Counted from the stretch's first letter, positions 38,426 through 48,521 are shown. The stretch: DNA of 64,000 nucleotides from Candidatus Moraniibacteriota bacterium (GCA_013334575.1 JAAXXG010000001.1:143637-207636), one strand, 5' to 3'. Numbers and translations: made by a program. Notes: generated by a model from the sequence alone, not told the origin.

Positions 38426-39124
38426 ATGGAACGCGGTTTCAGTGCGGAACAGCGAAGCGTATACGAACTCGATCGGACACTCGAGCTCGAAGTGAGACGA
38501 CAACTCGGGAGATACCGGGTTCCCGAAACAGCCAAGACCCGTCACTTACGGAATTTTCCGAACGACCCTGAAATCACCTATTCCGATTCTGTCCTTGTTC
38601 CGCTCATCACGGACGGAAGGAACCGTATCGTGCCGTTGGCAGCCGGGTTCGATTCCGACCCACTGATCGAGACCCAGGGACCGTCGCTCCACATTCCGAT
38701 ACTCGATCTGCGCGGACTGAAGAGGAAAATCGGAGCGGTCTGCATCGGCACGGTAAGAAAGATCATCATTTCAACACGAGAGATACGCCAACCGGAATCG
38801 CTTCAGATCATCGAGTACATTCTGCAAGATGTCCAACCGACCGGCAGCGGATTGATCACCGGATTTTTCCGGCGTGATTCCGATCTGATACAAGAAGAGC
38901 GGCAGCTTTTCAGCCATGGGATACATCTTCTGACTTTCGTCCGCCAATACCTGACAGACGGGATTCCGTCACACGCGCTCGACCGCCTTCCTCAATGGGA
39001 CGACGCCCGCCAACGGGTACGGCAGATACACTGCACGCGACTTCCGGACTTTTCCGACAAGTCCGTCCGCAGACGGGTACTGGATCAGGTAAACGGGAAA
39101 GAACCCACCCTGGTTCCGGTATGA
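38426..39124 (+). CDS. Hypothetical protein
   Basis: Start at MERGFSAEQ with SD AAAAGGAG 6 nt upstream. 232 aa. No family recognised. Confidence 0.5.
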   Translation: MERGFSAEQRSVYELDRTLELEVRRQLGRYRVPETAKTRHLRNFPNDPEITYSDSVLVPLITDGRNRIVPLAAGFDSDPLIETQGPSLHIPILDLRGLKRKIGAVCIGTVRKIIISTREIRQPESLQIIEYILQDVQPTGSGLITGFFRRDSDLIQEERQLFSHGIHLLTFVRQYLTDGIPSHALDRLPQWDDARQRVRQIHCTRLPDFSDKSVRRRVLDQVNGKEPTLVPV

Positions 39125-39244
39125 TATGAACCGAAAAAGCAAGGGGCCTGACCGCGTTCAGGCCCCTTTCGCCGTTTCCAGGCCTCGTTTATGCTATACT
39201 TCCGGCAGGATAGGCCGTTCATCCGACAGATTTCCCACACCGTT

Positions 39245-40663
39245 ATGCGCTTCTACAATACCCTCACCCGCTCCAAGGAAGAGTTCGAGCCGCTCCATCC
39301 CGGCAAGGTCGGCATGTACACCTGCGGACCGACCGTATACGACTACGCCCACATCGGCAACCTCCGCGCCTTCGTCTTCTCGGACACGGTCCGCCGCCTC
39401 CTCGAGCACGACGGATACGAGGTGCGACTCATCGAGAACGTGACCGACGTCGGCCACCTGACCGAGGACGACCTCGCGCAGGGCGACTCGGGCGAGGACA
39501 AGGTCGAGAAAAAGGCTCGCGCCGAGAAGAAAACTCCCGAGGAGATCGCCCGCTTCTACGAGGACGCCTTCCATGCGGACAGCGACGCGATGAACATCCT
39601 TCCCGCACATTTCTACCCGCGCGCGACCGCGCATATCGGGCACATGATCCGCATGATCGAGACCCTCGTCGCGCGAGGGCACGCCTACGAGGTAAACGGC
39701 AACGTCTTCTACGACGTAACCTCGTTCCCCGACTATGGAAAGCTCTCCGGCAACACCCTGGAACAGCTGCGGATCGGGGCGCGCCTCGAAGAACATCCCG
39801 ACAAGCGTAATCCGTGGGACTTCGCACTCTGGCTCCGGGCCCCGAAGGAACACCTCATGAAATGGCCCTCCCCGTGGAGCGAAGGCTATCCCGGCTGGCA
39901 CATCGAGTGTTCTGCCATGAGCCAGGAATACCTCGGCGACACGCTCGACATCCATACCGGCGGCGAGGACCACATCTTCCCCCACCACGAGGCCGAGATC
40001 GCCCAGTCCGAGGGCGCGACGGGAAAGCCGTTCTCCCGCTTCTTCCTGCACGAGCGGCATATCCTCGTCGACGGACAGAAGATGTCCAAATCCAAGGGCA
40101 ACTTCTATGTGCTTCAGGACGTCACGGAGCGCGGCTATTCGCCCATGGACCTCCGGCTACTCTATCTGTCCGCGCATTACCGGAGCCAGATGAACTTCAC
40201 CTGGGATTCGCTCTCCCAGGCGAGAAAGAACCGGGAAACGCTTACGACTCTTCGCGACCGTCTCGCCGCGGCCCCGGCCGTTTCGGGCGAGGACATCGCC
40301 GCGGACGACCGCGAGGCATTCCTTGCCTCCATGCGCGACGACCTCAATACCCCGCTCGCACTGGCCTCGCTTCTCTCGTTCGCGAAGAAGACGAATGTCG
40401 CGCTCGATGCGAACCGCACGTTCGATATCGACGCCGCACGGAACTTCCTCGACGAGGCACTCCGGCTCTTCGGTCTCCGACTCGAATCCGCCGCTCTCTC
40501 CGTTCCGGATTCCGACGAGATCCGCGACCTGATCGCGCGACGGGAAGAGGCCCGGCGCAACCGCGACTTCGCGCTCGCCGATTCGCTCCGCGACGAGCTC
40601 GCCGCCCGCGGTGTCTCGGTCCGCGACTCGGTCCTCGCCAAGGACCTACCGCAAGGCCGATGA
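39245..40663 (+). CDS. cysS: Cysteinyl-tRNA synthetase
   Basis: 'CGPTVYDYAHIGN' (HIGH-class motif), 'KMSKSKGN' and the zinc-binding Cys ligands. The start was trimmed to MRFYNTLTR. Confidence 0.95.
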   Translation: MRFYNTLTRSKEEFEPLHPGKVGMYTCGPTVYDYAHIGNLRAFVFSDTVRRLLEHDGYEVRLIENVTDVGHLTEDDLAQGDSGEDKVEKKARAEKKTPEEIARFYEDAFHADSDAMNILPAHFYPRATAHIGHMIRMIETLVARGHAYEVNGNVFYDVTSFPDYGKLSGNTLEQLRIGARLEEHPDKRNPWDFALWLRAPKEHLMKWPSPWSEGYPGWHIECSAMSQEYLGDTLDIHTGGEDHIFPHHEAEIAQSEGATGKPFSRFFLHERHILVDGQKMSKSKGNFYVLQDVTERGYSPMDLRLLYLSAHYRSQMNFTWDSLSQARKNRETLTTLRDRLAAAPAVSGEDIAADDREAFLASMRDDLNTPLALASLLSFAKKTNVALDANRTFDIDAARNFLDEALRLFGLRLESAALSVPDSDEIRDLIARREEARRNRDFALADSLRDELAARGVSVRDSVLAKDLPQGR

Positions 40664-40678
40664 CGGAAAATGAAGAAT

Positions 40679-40714
40679 CCCCGACGCGCCGTGTCGGGGA
40701 TTTCCGCTTTTTTT
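40679..40714. terminator. Intrinsic terminator after cysS (bidirectional)
   Basis: CCCCGAC-(7 nt)-GTCGGGG perfect 7-bp stem followed by TTTCCGCTTTTTTT. Confidence 0.7.
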
Positions 40715-40719
40715 GCCTT

Positions 40720-41247
40720 TCATGATAGGGGTTGCCCCGTAATCCGATACAGGGTGAACCGCTCGACCGACTCCGCCCAGCCGTGACGTATGACCGGTAC
40801 GCCATACGGTCCGACCGACACGACCCCAAGCTGTCCGCCGTCCACCGAGACCAGGTGAAGCGTGTCCAGAACCGATGCGTCATCATATCGATACGACCCG
40901 ATGACGACCGGCTCGATCCTGGAATCGACCGCTTTCCGGAAAAGGCTCCGGTAATACCGGAGGGCGCCAGTGCCGAGCGACGAGATAAGCTCCGGCCACG
41001 GCTTCGTCACGAGCGATGAATTCGACGGGGCGATACGAGGATTCAGACGGCAGACCAGCCGATCGATATCGACCAGCACGTCTACCACGTCCGAAAATTT
41101 CAGAACGACGTTCGGGCATCGGTATTCGGCGCCAACAGGCGGCGCCAAGAGCATGGATCGGATCGGGACCGATGTCGCATCTTCCGGAATATGGTGACCA
41201 AACCGTTCCCGAAGGTCGTAATACTCCGGAATACGTACGATTCGCAT
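40720..41247 (-). CDS. Hypothetical protein
   Basis: 175-aa ORF with no recognisable motifs. Confidence 0.4.
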   Translation of the reverse strand: MRIVRIPEYYDLRERFGHHIPEDATSVPIRSMLLAPPVGAEYRCPNVVLKFSDVVDVLVDIDRLVCRLNPRIAPSNSSLVTKPWPELISSLGTGALRYYRSLFRKAVDSRIEPVVIGSYRYDDASVLDTLHLVSVDGGQLGVVSVGPYGVPVIRHGWAESVERFTLYRITGQPLS

Positions 41248-41392
41248 GATAACCTCCTGATTGTTAATGTTCTCGAAGAAGATACTGTGGTCATTGTGAC
41301 TGTTCCCGCGGACACGTCAAGCCGCGACGGAACACCATCGGAACGAAACGACAAGTAGCCGGAATCGAAACAGCTTCCGGTCTTCGTGGAAC

Positions 41393-41425
41393 AAAAAAAG
41401 CACCCTCGAGAAGTTCTCCCGAGGG
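41393..41425 (-). terminator. Intrinsic terminator after the 41448-41918 gene
   Basis: On the minus strand CCCTCG-(10 nt)-CGAGGG followed by 7 U (the A7 run at 41393-99 on the plus strand). Confidence 0.5.
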
Positions 41426-41447
41426 GCTTTATATTTTCGACGAACCG

Positions 41448-41918
41448 CTACCTTGCCTGGTCTGGCAACAGTGCCGAGAGCACTCCGTTAACAAGTTCAA
41501 TACTCCTGATAGCCGTCACTTTGACGGTCTCACCAACTGCTTGAAAGACCTTTTCAAGACTCCCATCCGGATAGATTTCAATTGTTCGCTCACCAACAAA
41601 CTCTCTGTAGATATAATCTCGAAGCGCAATCACATCCCTCACCACAGGTCCCTGAATGAAACTATCCTCAAAACCTAACAAACCAGCCTTGCCCTTCTCG
41701 AACATGTGCAATTCCGCAACAGCACTCCTCATTGTTAGTCGAATAAAACAACCTTCAGATAGTTTTCGTATACGTTCAGTGCCAGATACAGACATGAGTG
41801 TTCCTTCTTCGATTTTAACACTAACAATATGACCCGGGTATAAACAGATGGTATCAAATCCGGTCGTCATGTTTATGTTTTTGACCAGATTTCCATTGAA
41901 GATGATTCCGATTTTCAT
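41448..41918 (-). CDS. Hypothetical small protein (beta-rich, possibly cupin-like)
   Basis: 156 aa, low GC. dUTPase/dCTP-deaminase motifs are absent, so that call was not made. Confidence 0.4.
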   Translation of the reverse strand: MKIGIIFNGNLVKNINMTTGFDTICLYPGHIVSVKIEEGTLMSVSGTERIRKLSEGCFIRLTMRSAVAELHMFEKGKAGLLGFEDSFIQGPVVRDVIALRDYIYREFVGERTIEIYPDGSLEKVFQAVGETVKVTAIRSIELVNGVLSALLPDQAR

Positions 41919-42125
41919 AGTTGTCTCCTTTTTTCCGTCCGGAGTGATCCCCGGATCGGTGAGGATTCGTTGGTAAGGTACTTACCGCGCCAGCATGAAG
42001 CCTATCTCCATGTGACTCTATATTTTATCACCTTTTTTAATTTGTGTCAATGTCAGAATATTGTCTCCAAAAGGCGGGTCCGGCCCGTTTCACTTTCCAG
42101 GATTCCATAGTAGAATGGGAGGACT

Positions 42126-43487
42126 ATGGCGAATCAGGATCACCTCCGCATCCCCCCTCATAACCTCGAAGCCGAGCAGTCGGTCCTCGGGGCGCTCATG
42201 CTGGACAAGGACGCGATCATCAAGGTCGCCGATCTCGTGCGGCCGGGCGACTTCTACCGAAGCGACCACAACGCGATCTACGAGACGATGCTCGAACTGT
42301 ACGAGGACCGCGAGCCGATCGACGTCCTTTCGCTCGCCAACCGGCTCGAGGAAAAGGGAAAGCTCGACGCCGTCGGCGGATCCGGCTACCTGGCCTCGCT
42401 CGTCAACGTCGTCCCCTCGGCGAGCAACGTCGCCCACTACGCCAAGGTCGTCCAGAAGAAATCGCTCCTGCGCCGGCTCATCTCCGCCGCGTCCGAGATC
42501 GTCGAGATGGGTTTCAACGAGGAAGAGGACGTCCAGAAAGTGCTCGACGACGCCGAGCAGCGGCTCTTTTCCGTCTCGCAGAAGTACATCAAGCAGGACT
42601 TCATGCCGATCCGATCGATCCTCGAGGAGGCGTTCGACCGCATCGACGAGCTCCACAAGAGCGACAAGAACTTCCGTGGAGTCCCGACCGGATTCACGGA
42701 CCTCGACAAACTCCTTTCCGGTCTTCAGAATTCCGACCTCATCATCCTCGCGGCGCGACCCTCGACCGGAAAGACCAGCTTCGCGCTCGATATCGCCCGA
42801 CAGGTCGGCTCCCTCGCCAAGGTGCCGGTCGGCATCTTCTCGCTCGAAATGTCCGCCGATCAGCTGGTCGACCGCATGATCGCATCGCAGGCCGGCGTCG
42901 ACTTGTGGCGCCTGCGTACGGGCAATCTCTCGACCGAAGGCGACGGCAACGATTTCCAGCGCATCGGCGAGGCGATCGGCATCCTCTCCGAGGCACCGAT
43001 CTTCATCGACGACACGAGTTCGGCCAACATCATGGAGATGCGAACCATGGCACGGCGCCTCCAGTCGGAACACAAGCTCGGACTCATCATCATCGACTAT
43101 CTCCAGCTCATGGAAGGCCGCTCCCGCGGCGGCGACAACCGCGTCCAGGAGATTTCCGAGATATCCCGCGGACTCAAGCAGCTCGCCAAGGAGCTCAACG
43201 TACCGATCATCGCGCTCTCCCAGCTCTCCCGCGCGGTGGAATCACGACCCGACGGCATCCCGAAGCTCTCGGACCTCCGCGAATCGGGTTCCATCGAACA
43301 GGACGCCGACATCGTTCTCTTCCTGTACCGCGAGGACCGCGTGAAACCCGATACCCCGAACAAGGGCATCGCCGACGTCATCATCGCCAAGCACCGCAAC
43401 GGCCCCGTCGGAAAGATCTCGCTGTTCTTCGACGACCATTCCGCCGCCTTCAAGAACCTCGAACGCGTCCACGCACCGGAAGCCTGA
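42126..43487 (+). CDS. dnaB: Replicative DNA helicase
   Basis: 'NLEAEQSVLGALML' N-terminal domain, Walker A 'ARPSTGKTSFAL', 'IIIDYLQLM' and 'SQLSRAVESR', all classic DnaB blocks. Confidence 0.95.
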   Translation: MANQDHLRIPPHNLEAEQSVLGALMLDKDAIIKVADLVRPGDFYRSDHNAIYETMLELYEDREPIDVLSLANRLEEKGKLDAVGGSGYLASLVNVVPSASNVAHYAKVVQKKSLLRRLISAASEIVEMGFNEEEDVQKVLDDAEQRLFSVSQKYIKQDFMPIRSILEEAFDRIDELHKSDKNFRGVPTGFTDLDKLLSGLQNSDLIILAARPSTGKTSFALDIARQVGSLAKVPVGIFSLEMSADQLVDRMIASQAGVDLWRLRTGNLSTEGDGNDFQRIGEAIGILSEAPIFIDDTSSANIMEMRTMARRLQSEHKLGLIIIDYLQLMEGRSRGGDNRVQEISEISRGLKQLAKELNVPIIALSQLSRAVESRPDGIPKLSDLRESGSIEQDADIVLFLYREDRVKPDTPNKGIADVIIAKHRNGPVGKISLFFDDHSAAFKNLERVHAPEA

Positions 43488-43521
43488 CCGCGGCCAGACG
43501 CGGGACAGGTGCCGAGTCCCT

Positions 43522-44115
43522 ATGCGTTACCCGAAACCGTTCCAAAACCTGATCGCACACTTCTCCGCCCTGCCCTCGGTCGGACCGAAGATGGCCGAAC
43601 GCATCGTGCTCCACCTGTTCAAGCAGGAGCACGAGCGACTTCTGTCGTTCGCGGAAAGCCTGGAGGCGCTACAGGACCTCTCGCTCTGCACGCGCTGCTT
43701 CCACATCGCCGAAGGTCCCCTCTGCGACGTCTGCTCCGATCCGAAGCGGGACCCTTCGGTCCTCTGCGTCGTCGAGGAGCCGATGGATGTGATCGCGATC
43801 GAGCGCTCCGGCGGCTACCAGGGCCTCTACCACGTCCTGGGAGGCGTTATGCGGACCGGACAGGGCGACGATCCTTCGCTCCGTATCCCCGAGCTTCTTT
43901 CCCGGATCGCAACGGAAGACGTGAAGGAAGTCATCCTCGCGCTCAATCCGACGACCGAGGGCGACCTCACGACGCTGTACCTACGAAAAAAGCTTGAACC
44001 GCTCGGCGTGACTGTCTCACGACCCGCCCGCGGACTCTCGACCGGCGGCGACATCGAATACGCCGACGAGGCGACGCTTACCTCGGCCCTGCGGAACCGG
44101 GAGAAGCTCGGCTGA
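43522..44115 (+). CDS. recR: Recombination protein RecR
   Basis: 'LIAHFSALPSVGPKMAERI' HhH, C4 zinc finger 'CTRCFHIAEGPLCDVC' and a Toprim region 'LCVVEEPMDVIAIE'. Confidence 0.95.
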   Translation: MRYPKPFQNLIAHFSALPSVGPKMAERIVLHLFKQEHERLLSFAESLEALQDLSLCTRCFHIAEGPLCDVCSDPKRDPSVLCVVEEPMDVIAIERSGGYQGLYHVLGGVMRTGQGDDPSLRIPELLSRIATEDVKEVILALNPTTEGDLTTLYLRKKLEPLGVTVSRPARGLSTGGDIEYADEATLTSALRNREKLG

Positions 44116-44243
44116 ACCGCACCCCTCTTCACGAACGGATCCCTCTCGGCGACCGTTGACTTTTTTGTGGATTCCCCTACTATCAAGCCGTATCAGAAAC
44201 GATCATTTTTCCTTTACAACCGAACCTATACAGGAGCCCTGCC

Positions 44244-44834
44244 ATGTCAATGAAATACCCCGAAGCTCACGGTTTCGTACAAACCGCAGCATACGAGGGC
44301 TTATACACACTCTTGTCGATATCGTTCGATCCGGACAGGGATGGTTGTATCCTCACCTGTGACGACCTTTCGACCGGATTCCTGAAGCTCTTCGTTCTTC
44401 CCGCAACGAAGGATCTTCGTACGTTATGGGTGACCGCCTTCGGATACTGCCCCAACCTCTCACTTCACGTCGAGAACCGGCAGCAACATACCACGTTTCG
44501 GGTCACTCACGGAAAATCCGCGGGTACGGCCGCATCGATCGCACTCGAGGCCGAAACCGTAAAAAAAGGGACCTACGAGATCGACGGTAACAAGGCTATG
44601 CCGATAGATCCAGGTCACCCTCACCGGGTCATCGGAGTCGTGACACGACACAAACTGGAGCGCCCTCCCGGACTGGTCCTGATGTCGGATACAAAACGAC
44701 CCATGCTTACGTACGTCCAATCGACGCTCTCGCAAACGCAGGAATGGACCGACACGATCACCGCGCCACTTTCCCACGTTCTCCGATTTCACCCACGCGG
44801 CAGATCGTATCAGCCGTTCCTGGCAAAACCCTGA
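44244..44834 (+). CDS. Hypothetical protein
   Basis: 196-aa ORF. A possible promoter lies upstream (TTGACT, 16 nt, TACTAT at 44146-73). Confidence 0.45.
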   Translation: MSMKYPEAHGFVQTAAYEGLYTLLSISFDPDRDGCILTCDDLSTGFLKLFVLPATKDLRTLWVTAFGYCPNLSLHVENRQQHTTFRVTHGKSAGTAASIALEAETVKKGTYEIDGNKAMPIDPGHPHRVIGVVTRHKLERPPGLVLMSDTKRPMLTYVQSTLSQTQEWTDTITAPLSHVLRFHPRGRSYQPFLAKP

Positions 44835-44847
44835 AATTACCCAAAAA

Positions 44848-44882
44848 AGACTGCCCCGTGAGCACACGCAGGCAGTCTTTTC
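44848..44882. terminator. Bidirectional intrinsic terminator
   Basis: AGACTGCC-(15 nt)-GGCAGTCT perfect 8-bp stem, A-run upstream and T-run downstream. Confidence 0.55.
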
Positions 44883-44907
44883 GATTCCGACAGTAACCGT
44901 GTCGGCC

Positions 44908-45519
44908 CTATCGATCGTTCCCGTCGCCCCGGAAATACCACACAAGCAGCGTCGCGAAGAATCCGAAGAACAGCCCGAGGCCGATACCGAGCGGAAGCAG
45001 AAGTCTCGTGGGAAGCCGAGCGTCCCGTACGACAGGCCCGTCGGCGAGAACCGCGAACCAGTCTTCCGCATCCGGCTGCTCGTTGAGGCGGCGGGTCTCG
45101 CGGTTCAGCACGTCCGGAACGGCCGTCGACATGCTTCCGAATCCGTCCCGTTCCCGGGCGCGATAGGTGACGGCGATCATCTGCGAAGAGAGCCGTTTCG
45201 CCTCGAGGGAATCCGTTACGGATACGGATACGCCCGCCGCCTCGCGAATTTCCGAACGGACCGACGGAGCACCGAGCCAGCGGACCACCGTATCGGCGAA
45301 CCGCTCATCCGCCTGGAGACGGTAGAACTGGTCGTAGGTATAGTCGTCGGTCTTCTGCGACCCGGTCCGGGTCACGTTCAAGGTCAGGCTCTGTTCGAAC
45401 CGCATCGGCTGGAAACGGAGGACGAGGAGCGACAAAAGCATACATCCGGCCAAAACACCCAGAAAGACCCGTCGGTAACGGATAAAGATACGGCAGAAAT
45501 CACGGAATTCCATACGCAT
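44908..45519 (-). CDS. Wzz/polysaccharide co-polymerase (chain-length determinant)-like protein
   Basis: Real start at MRMEFRDF; the tool ORF N-terminus overlaps the upstream GT4 in another frame. TM1 is followed by a periplasmic domain and a C-terminal 'PTRLLLPLGIGLGLFFGFF' Pro-rich TM2, typical of PCP proteins. Confidence 0.6.
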   Translation of the reverse strand: MRMEFRDFCRIFIRYRRVFLGVLAGCMLLSLLVLRFQPMRFEQSLTLNVTRTGSQKTDDYTYDQFYRLQADERFADTVVRWLGAPSVRSEIREAAGVSVSVTDSLEAKRLSSQMIAVTYRARERDGFGSMSTAVPDVLNRETRRLNEQPDAEDWFAVLADGPVVRDARLPTRLLLPLGIGLGLFFGFFATLLVWYFRGDGNDR

Positions 45520-45526
45520 AAAATCG

Positions 45527-46639
45527 TTAACGGGTATGCATGCCGGAACGCTTCTCCTCGAGCGCCCGTTCGACGAGTTCGCGGATCTCTCGCACGAAAC
45601 GCTCCGTATCGTACGGCAACGCGCACTCCCGGATCCGTTCGGGATCGAATCGGGAATCGTCGAAGTCCGAGACCGCCGCCATGATCGCCTCCGGTGTCTG
45701 TTCGTCGAAGAAGACGCCGGAAACACCGTCCTCGATCCGCTCCTCGATGTCCCCTCCGCGATACGCGATGACAGGGCGTCCCGAAGCAAGCGCCTCCATG
45801 GCGACGATACCGAAATCCTCCTCCTGCGGGAAAACGAACGCCCGACACCCGGCATACAGGCGCGCGAGCTCATCGTCCGGAACACGCCCCAGAAACTCGA
45901 CGTTCGGTCCGGCGATCCGCTTAAGCCTCGACAATTCCGGCCCACGGCCCGCGACCTTGAGCGGAAGACCGATCCGGGTAAACGCCTCGACGGCGATATC
46001 GAACCGCTTGTACGCGATAAGCCGTCCGACCATGAGAAAATAGTCGCCGCGCTCCGATCCGATACGGAAACGGTCCGTATCGACCGGCGGCGGGACGACA
46101 CGGGAGTCGCGACCGTAGTATTTGCGGATACGGCGGGCGACGAACCCGGAATTGGAGAGAACGATATCGGGGCGGTCGGCACTCGCCCTGTCCCAGAGCC
46201 GCAGCGGATTCATGAAGAGCGGCACCGCGCTCCGGATCATCCGGGGAAACCCGAAATCCTCGGCATACTTCTGGCAATCGTCCCACGCGTACCGCATGGG
46301 CGTGTGGATATACGAGATATGAAGCGTCTTCGGACCGGAAAGGGCCCCCTTGGCGAAGCTGGCCGAATCCGAAAGGATGACATCGAATCCTGAAAAGTCG
46401 AACTGTTCGATCGCGGGCGGCATAAGAAGAGGGAAGAGCCGATGCGCACGACGAACCCAGGGAAACCGCTGCAGATACGACGTGTACACCCGCGCGTCGT
46501 CGAACAGACCGTGCACCGCCTCGCGGTCATGGATGAGGGTATAGATCGGCGCGTCCGGAAACGCCTTTCGGAACGCCTGGAGCACCTGCTCCGCGCCTCC
46601 GTACTGTACCAGATAGTCGTGAACCAGGGCGATCTTCAT
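45527..46639 (-). CDS. GT4 glycosyltransferase
   Basis: 'MKIALVHDYLVQYGGAEQV' and 'GRLIAYKRFD...EDFGIVAMEALASGRPVIA'. Confidence 0.85.
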   Translation of the reverse strand: MKIALVHDYLVQYGGAEQVLQAFRKAFPDAPIYTLIHDREAVHGLFDDARVYTSYLQRFPWVRRAHRLFPLLMPPAIEQFDFSGFDVILSDSASFAKGALSGPKTLHISYIHTPMRYAWDDCQKYAEDFGFPRMIRSAVPLFMNPLRLWDRASADRPDIVLSNSGFVARRIRKYYGRDSRVVPPPVDTDRFRIGSERGDYFLMVGRLIAYKRFDIAVEAFTRIGLPLKVAGRGPELSRLKRIAGPNVEFLGRVPDDELARLYAGCRAFVFPQEEDFGIVAMEALASGRPVIAYRGGDIEERIEDGVSGVFFDEQTPEAIMAAVSDFDDSRFDPERIRECALPYDTERFVREIRELVERALEEKRSGMHTR

Positions 46640-46749
46640 GCCGTTTCGAAAAGCTTTCGGTTCCCCATTATAGCAGAAAAGGCGCAAAAAAGCAGAAAGG
46701 TGCCCGGAACATTGTCCGAACACCCTTCGTAAGATGAGCTCTCCACCGC

Positions 46750-47289
46750 TCAGCGAACCGTATCGTCAAGAAGCCGCTCGCGGAAGTATTCAAAGCTTCG
46801 TGGCCGTCCGAGACAGCAGATATGTATGACCCGCAATCTCGCTCTCTTACCCGACAGGAACGCACAGACCGCATCCCAGAGCGCGCCACACGACGACCCG
46901 TCCGCGCCATACGTATCCGGCAGCACCACCGATTCCGATCCATGCTTATCGGCGACGTCGAGCGCCATCATGTAGCAGAGCATAAGCTTCATGCCGACAT
47001 CGTGCCCTTCGTTCGGAAAGAACGCCGGGATGACGGTGACTTTACCGACCCGTTCGCTCCCGAACACGGTCGGCGTCCGATAGGTCTTGTCACGATCATC
47101 ATATCTCGGATCGGACACTTCCATAACCCGGACTCCGTCCGGAACGAGCAGTGAACAGGAACAATCCGGAACTTGCGGGCCGGAAACGTCTCCAAGATGA
47201 CAGCGGACTTCGATCGGCCCTCTTGTCGTGAATAGCCGGACGGAAACGGAGCTCCGGTCAACCGTAATGATCTGTTTACTATATGCCAC
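46750..47289 (-). CDS. Hypothetical protein (possibly macro/PARG-like; weak)
   Basis: 179-aa ORF with only a weak resemblance to a macro-like fold. Not a confident call. Confidence 0.35.
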   Translation of the reverse strand: MAYSKQIITVDRSSVSVRLFTTRGPIEVRCHLGDVSGPQVPDCSCSLLVPDGVRVMEVSDPRYDDRDKTYRTPTVFGSERVGKVTVIPAFFPNEGHDVGMKLMLCYMMALDVADKHGSESVVLPDTYGADGSSCGALWDAVCAFLSGKRARLRVIHICCLGRPRSFEYFRERLLDDTVR

Positions 47290-47452
47290 GAAATACCTCC
47301 TGATTGATTGTATTGCTTCGATGAAAAGAACAGGAAGAACCCGAAGAGTATACCTTACGACAGGCTCCGGGTCAATACGGAAAGGAATAACGGAACAATT
47401 CGGGACGATAATCCGGTCCTGAGACCCCGAAAGACGAATGAAAAACGGATCG

Positions 47453-47812
47453 CTACTCGTTCCGGTCCCCGCCGAGAAGCCCGAGAATCCCTTTCACGAC
47501 CGAGCTGACGAGCGACATGACGAGCGACCCGAAAAGCGCCGCGCCGAACCCGTCCACCGAGAATCCCTGAATGACCCCGCCGAGCCACGCGAAGAGGATC
47601 GCGTTTATCACGAAGACGAAGAGCCCGAACGAGAGGATGGTGACCGGCAGCGTGAGCACGACGAGCACCGGCCGGACGACAAGTCCGAGTATCCCCCATA
47701 CCGCCGCGAGCAGGATGGCCGTACCGAAACCGGCCACGTGCACCCCGGGCACGAACCGCGCCGCCACGAAGAATCCCACCGCGACCGCAAACCACCGGAA
47801 GACGAGTTTCAT
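47453..47812 (-). CDS. YvlD/DUF360-family small membrane protein (phage-holin-4-like)
   Basis: Start at MKLVFRWFAVAV. 119 aa with 4 TM helices. 'GFGTAILLAAVWGILGLVVRPVL' is typical of this family. Confidence 0.5.
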   Translation of the reverse strand: MKLVFRWFAVAVGFFVAARFVPGVHVAGFGTAILLAAVWGILGLVVRPVLVVLTLPVTILSFGLFVFVINAILFAWLGGVIQGFSVDGFGAALFGSLVMSLVSSVVKGILGLLGGDRNE

Positions 47813-47944
47813 AGCTGTATCGTTACGTATCTCTCCTGCGGACAGGATATCATTTCCTCCGCGACACACAAGGACTCGAGGAATAAGAAAACTCCGCCAC
47901 ACGCTTCCGTGGACGGAGTTTTATCACACCAGGTCGGTTCCCGG

Positions 47945-48379
47945 CTACACAGGATTGCCTGTCGCGAAAAATATGGTCAATCGCCACTCATTCGTATCAG
48001 CATTATCCCCCCTCTCTTCGACCGAAAAAATCTTTCCGCTCGGCGCGAAAGTAAATTTAACGTCTTTTGCGATATCAAATCTTCCAGAATCTGGATCTGG
48101 CCTCGCGACAAACTCAAAATGATCGGACTGTATCATTTTGGAATCCGGAATGACGGAATATGAAAGGTTGATAATAATGCGCACGCGCTGATCATCAAGA
48201 ATCTCCGAGTTGACGTGATCCCACTCGGGAAGGAAGCGTCTGTCTTGATAGAATTTCGGCGGCAAAGAAGAAATGGGAGAATACCTCACTATGATAACCG
48301 TTTTACCTGAAAGTACGTCTTCGATACGCTGCACGATTTCATTCGTGGGATCAACCCCTAAGACATATAACTTGCTCAC
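47945..48379 (-). CDS. Hypothetical protein, probable GTG start
   Basis: There is no in-frame ATG. A GTG is preceded by a perfect SD (GCGGAGG, 4 nt, GTG). Low GC. 144 aa. Confidence 0.4.
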   Translation of the reverse strand: MSKLYVLGVDPTNEIVQRIEDVLSGKTVIIVRYSPISSLPPKFYQDRRFLPEWDHVNSEILDDQRVRIIINLSYSVIPDSKMIQSDHFEFVARPDPDSGRFDIAKDVKFTFAPSGKIFSVEERGDNADTNEWRLTIFFATGNPV

Positions 48380-48521
48380 AGAACCTCCGCTTTTGATTTT
48401 GAATGAATTTCCACCAAAAAAACATATCTTGACCGCCGATTCCGACGATCGACACAGTATGCCGGAAAACGGCTTCCCGGTCAACTTTTCCAGGTGGGAA
48501 TCGCGACGGATGCCGCAGCGG

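Noticed and set aside
41448-41918. dUTPase / dCTP-deaminase (possible nucleotide-depletion defence) call for the 156-aa protein
   Set aside because: None of the five dUTPase/dCD motifs are present (for example G-x-IDxDY, RGxxGFGSTG). Only the size and a beta-rich composition matched.
39194-43073. Long antisense ORFs within cysS (39194-40060, 39814-40725) and dnaB (42061-42879, 42090-43073)
   Set aside because: They sit opposite to or out of frame with unmistakable housekeeping genes and have GC-driven open frames with low-complexity translations.
45520-46182. N-terminal 220 aa of ORF 44908-46182(-)
   Set aside because: It overlaps the GT4 gene 45527-46639 in another frame and is Ser/Arg-rich. 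The real Wzz-like gene starts at MRMEF (45519).
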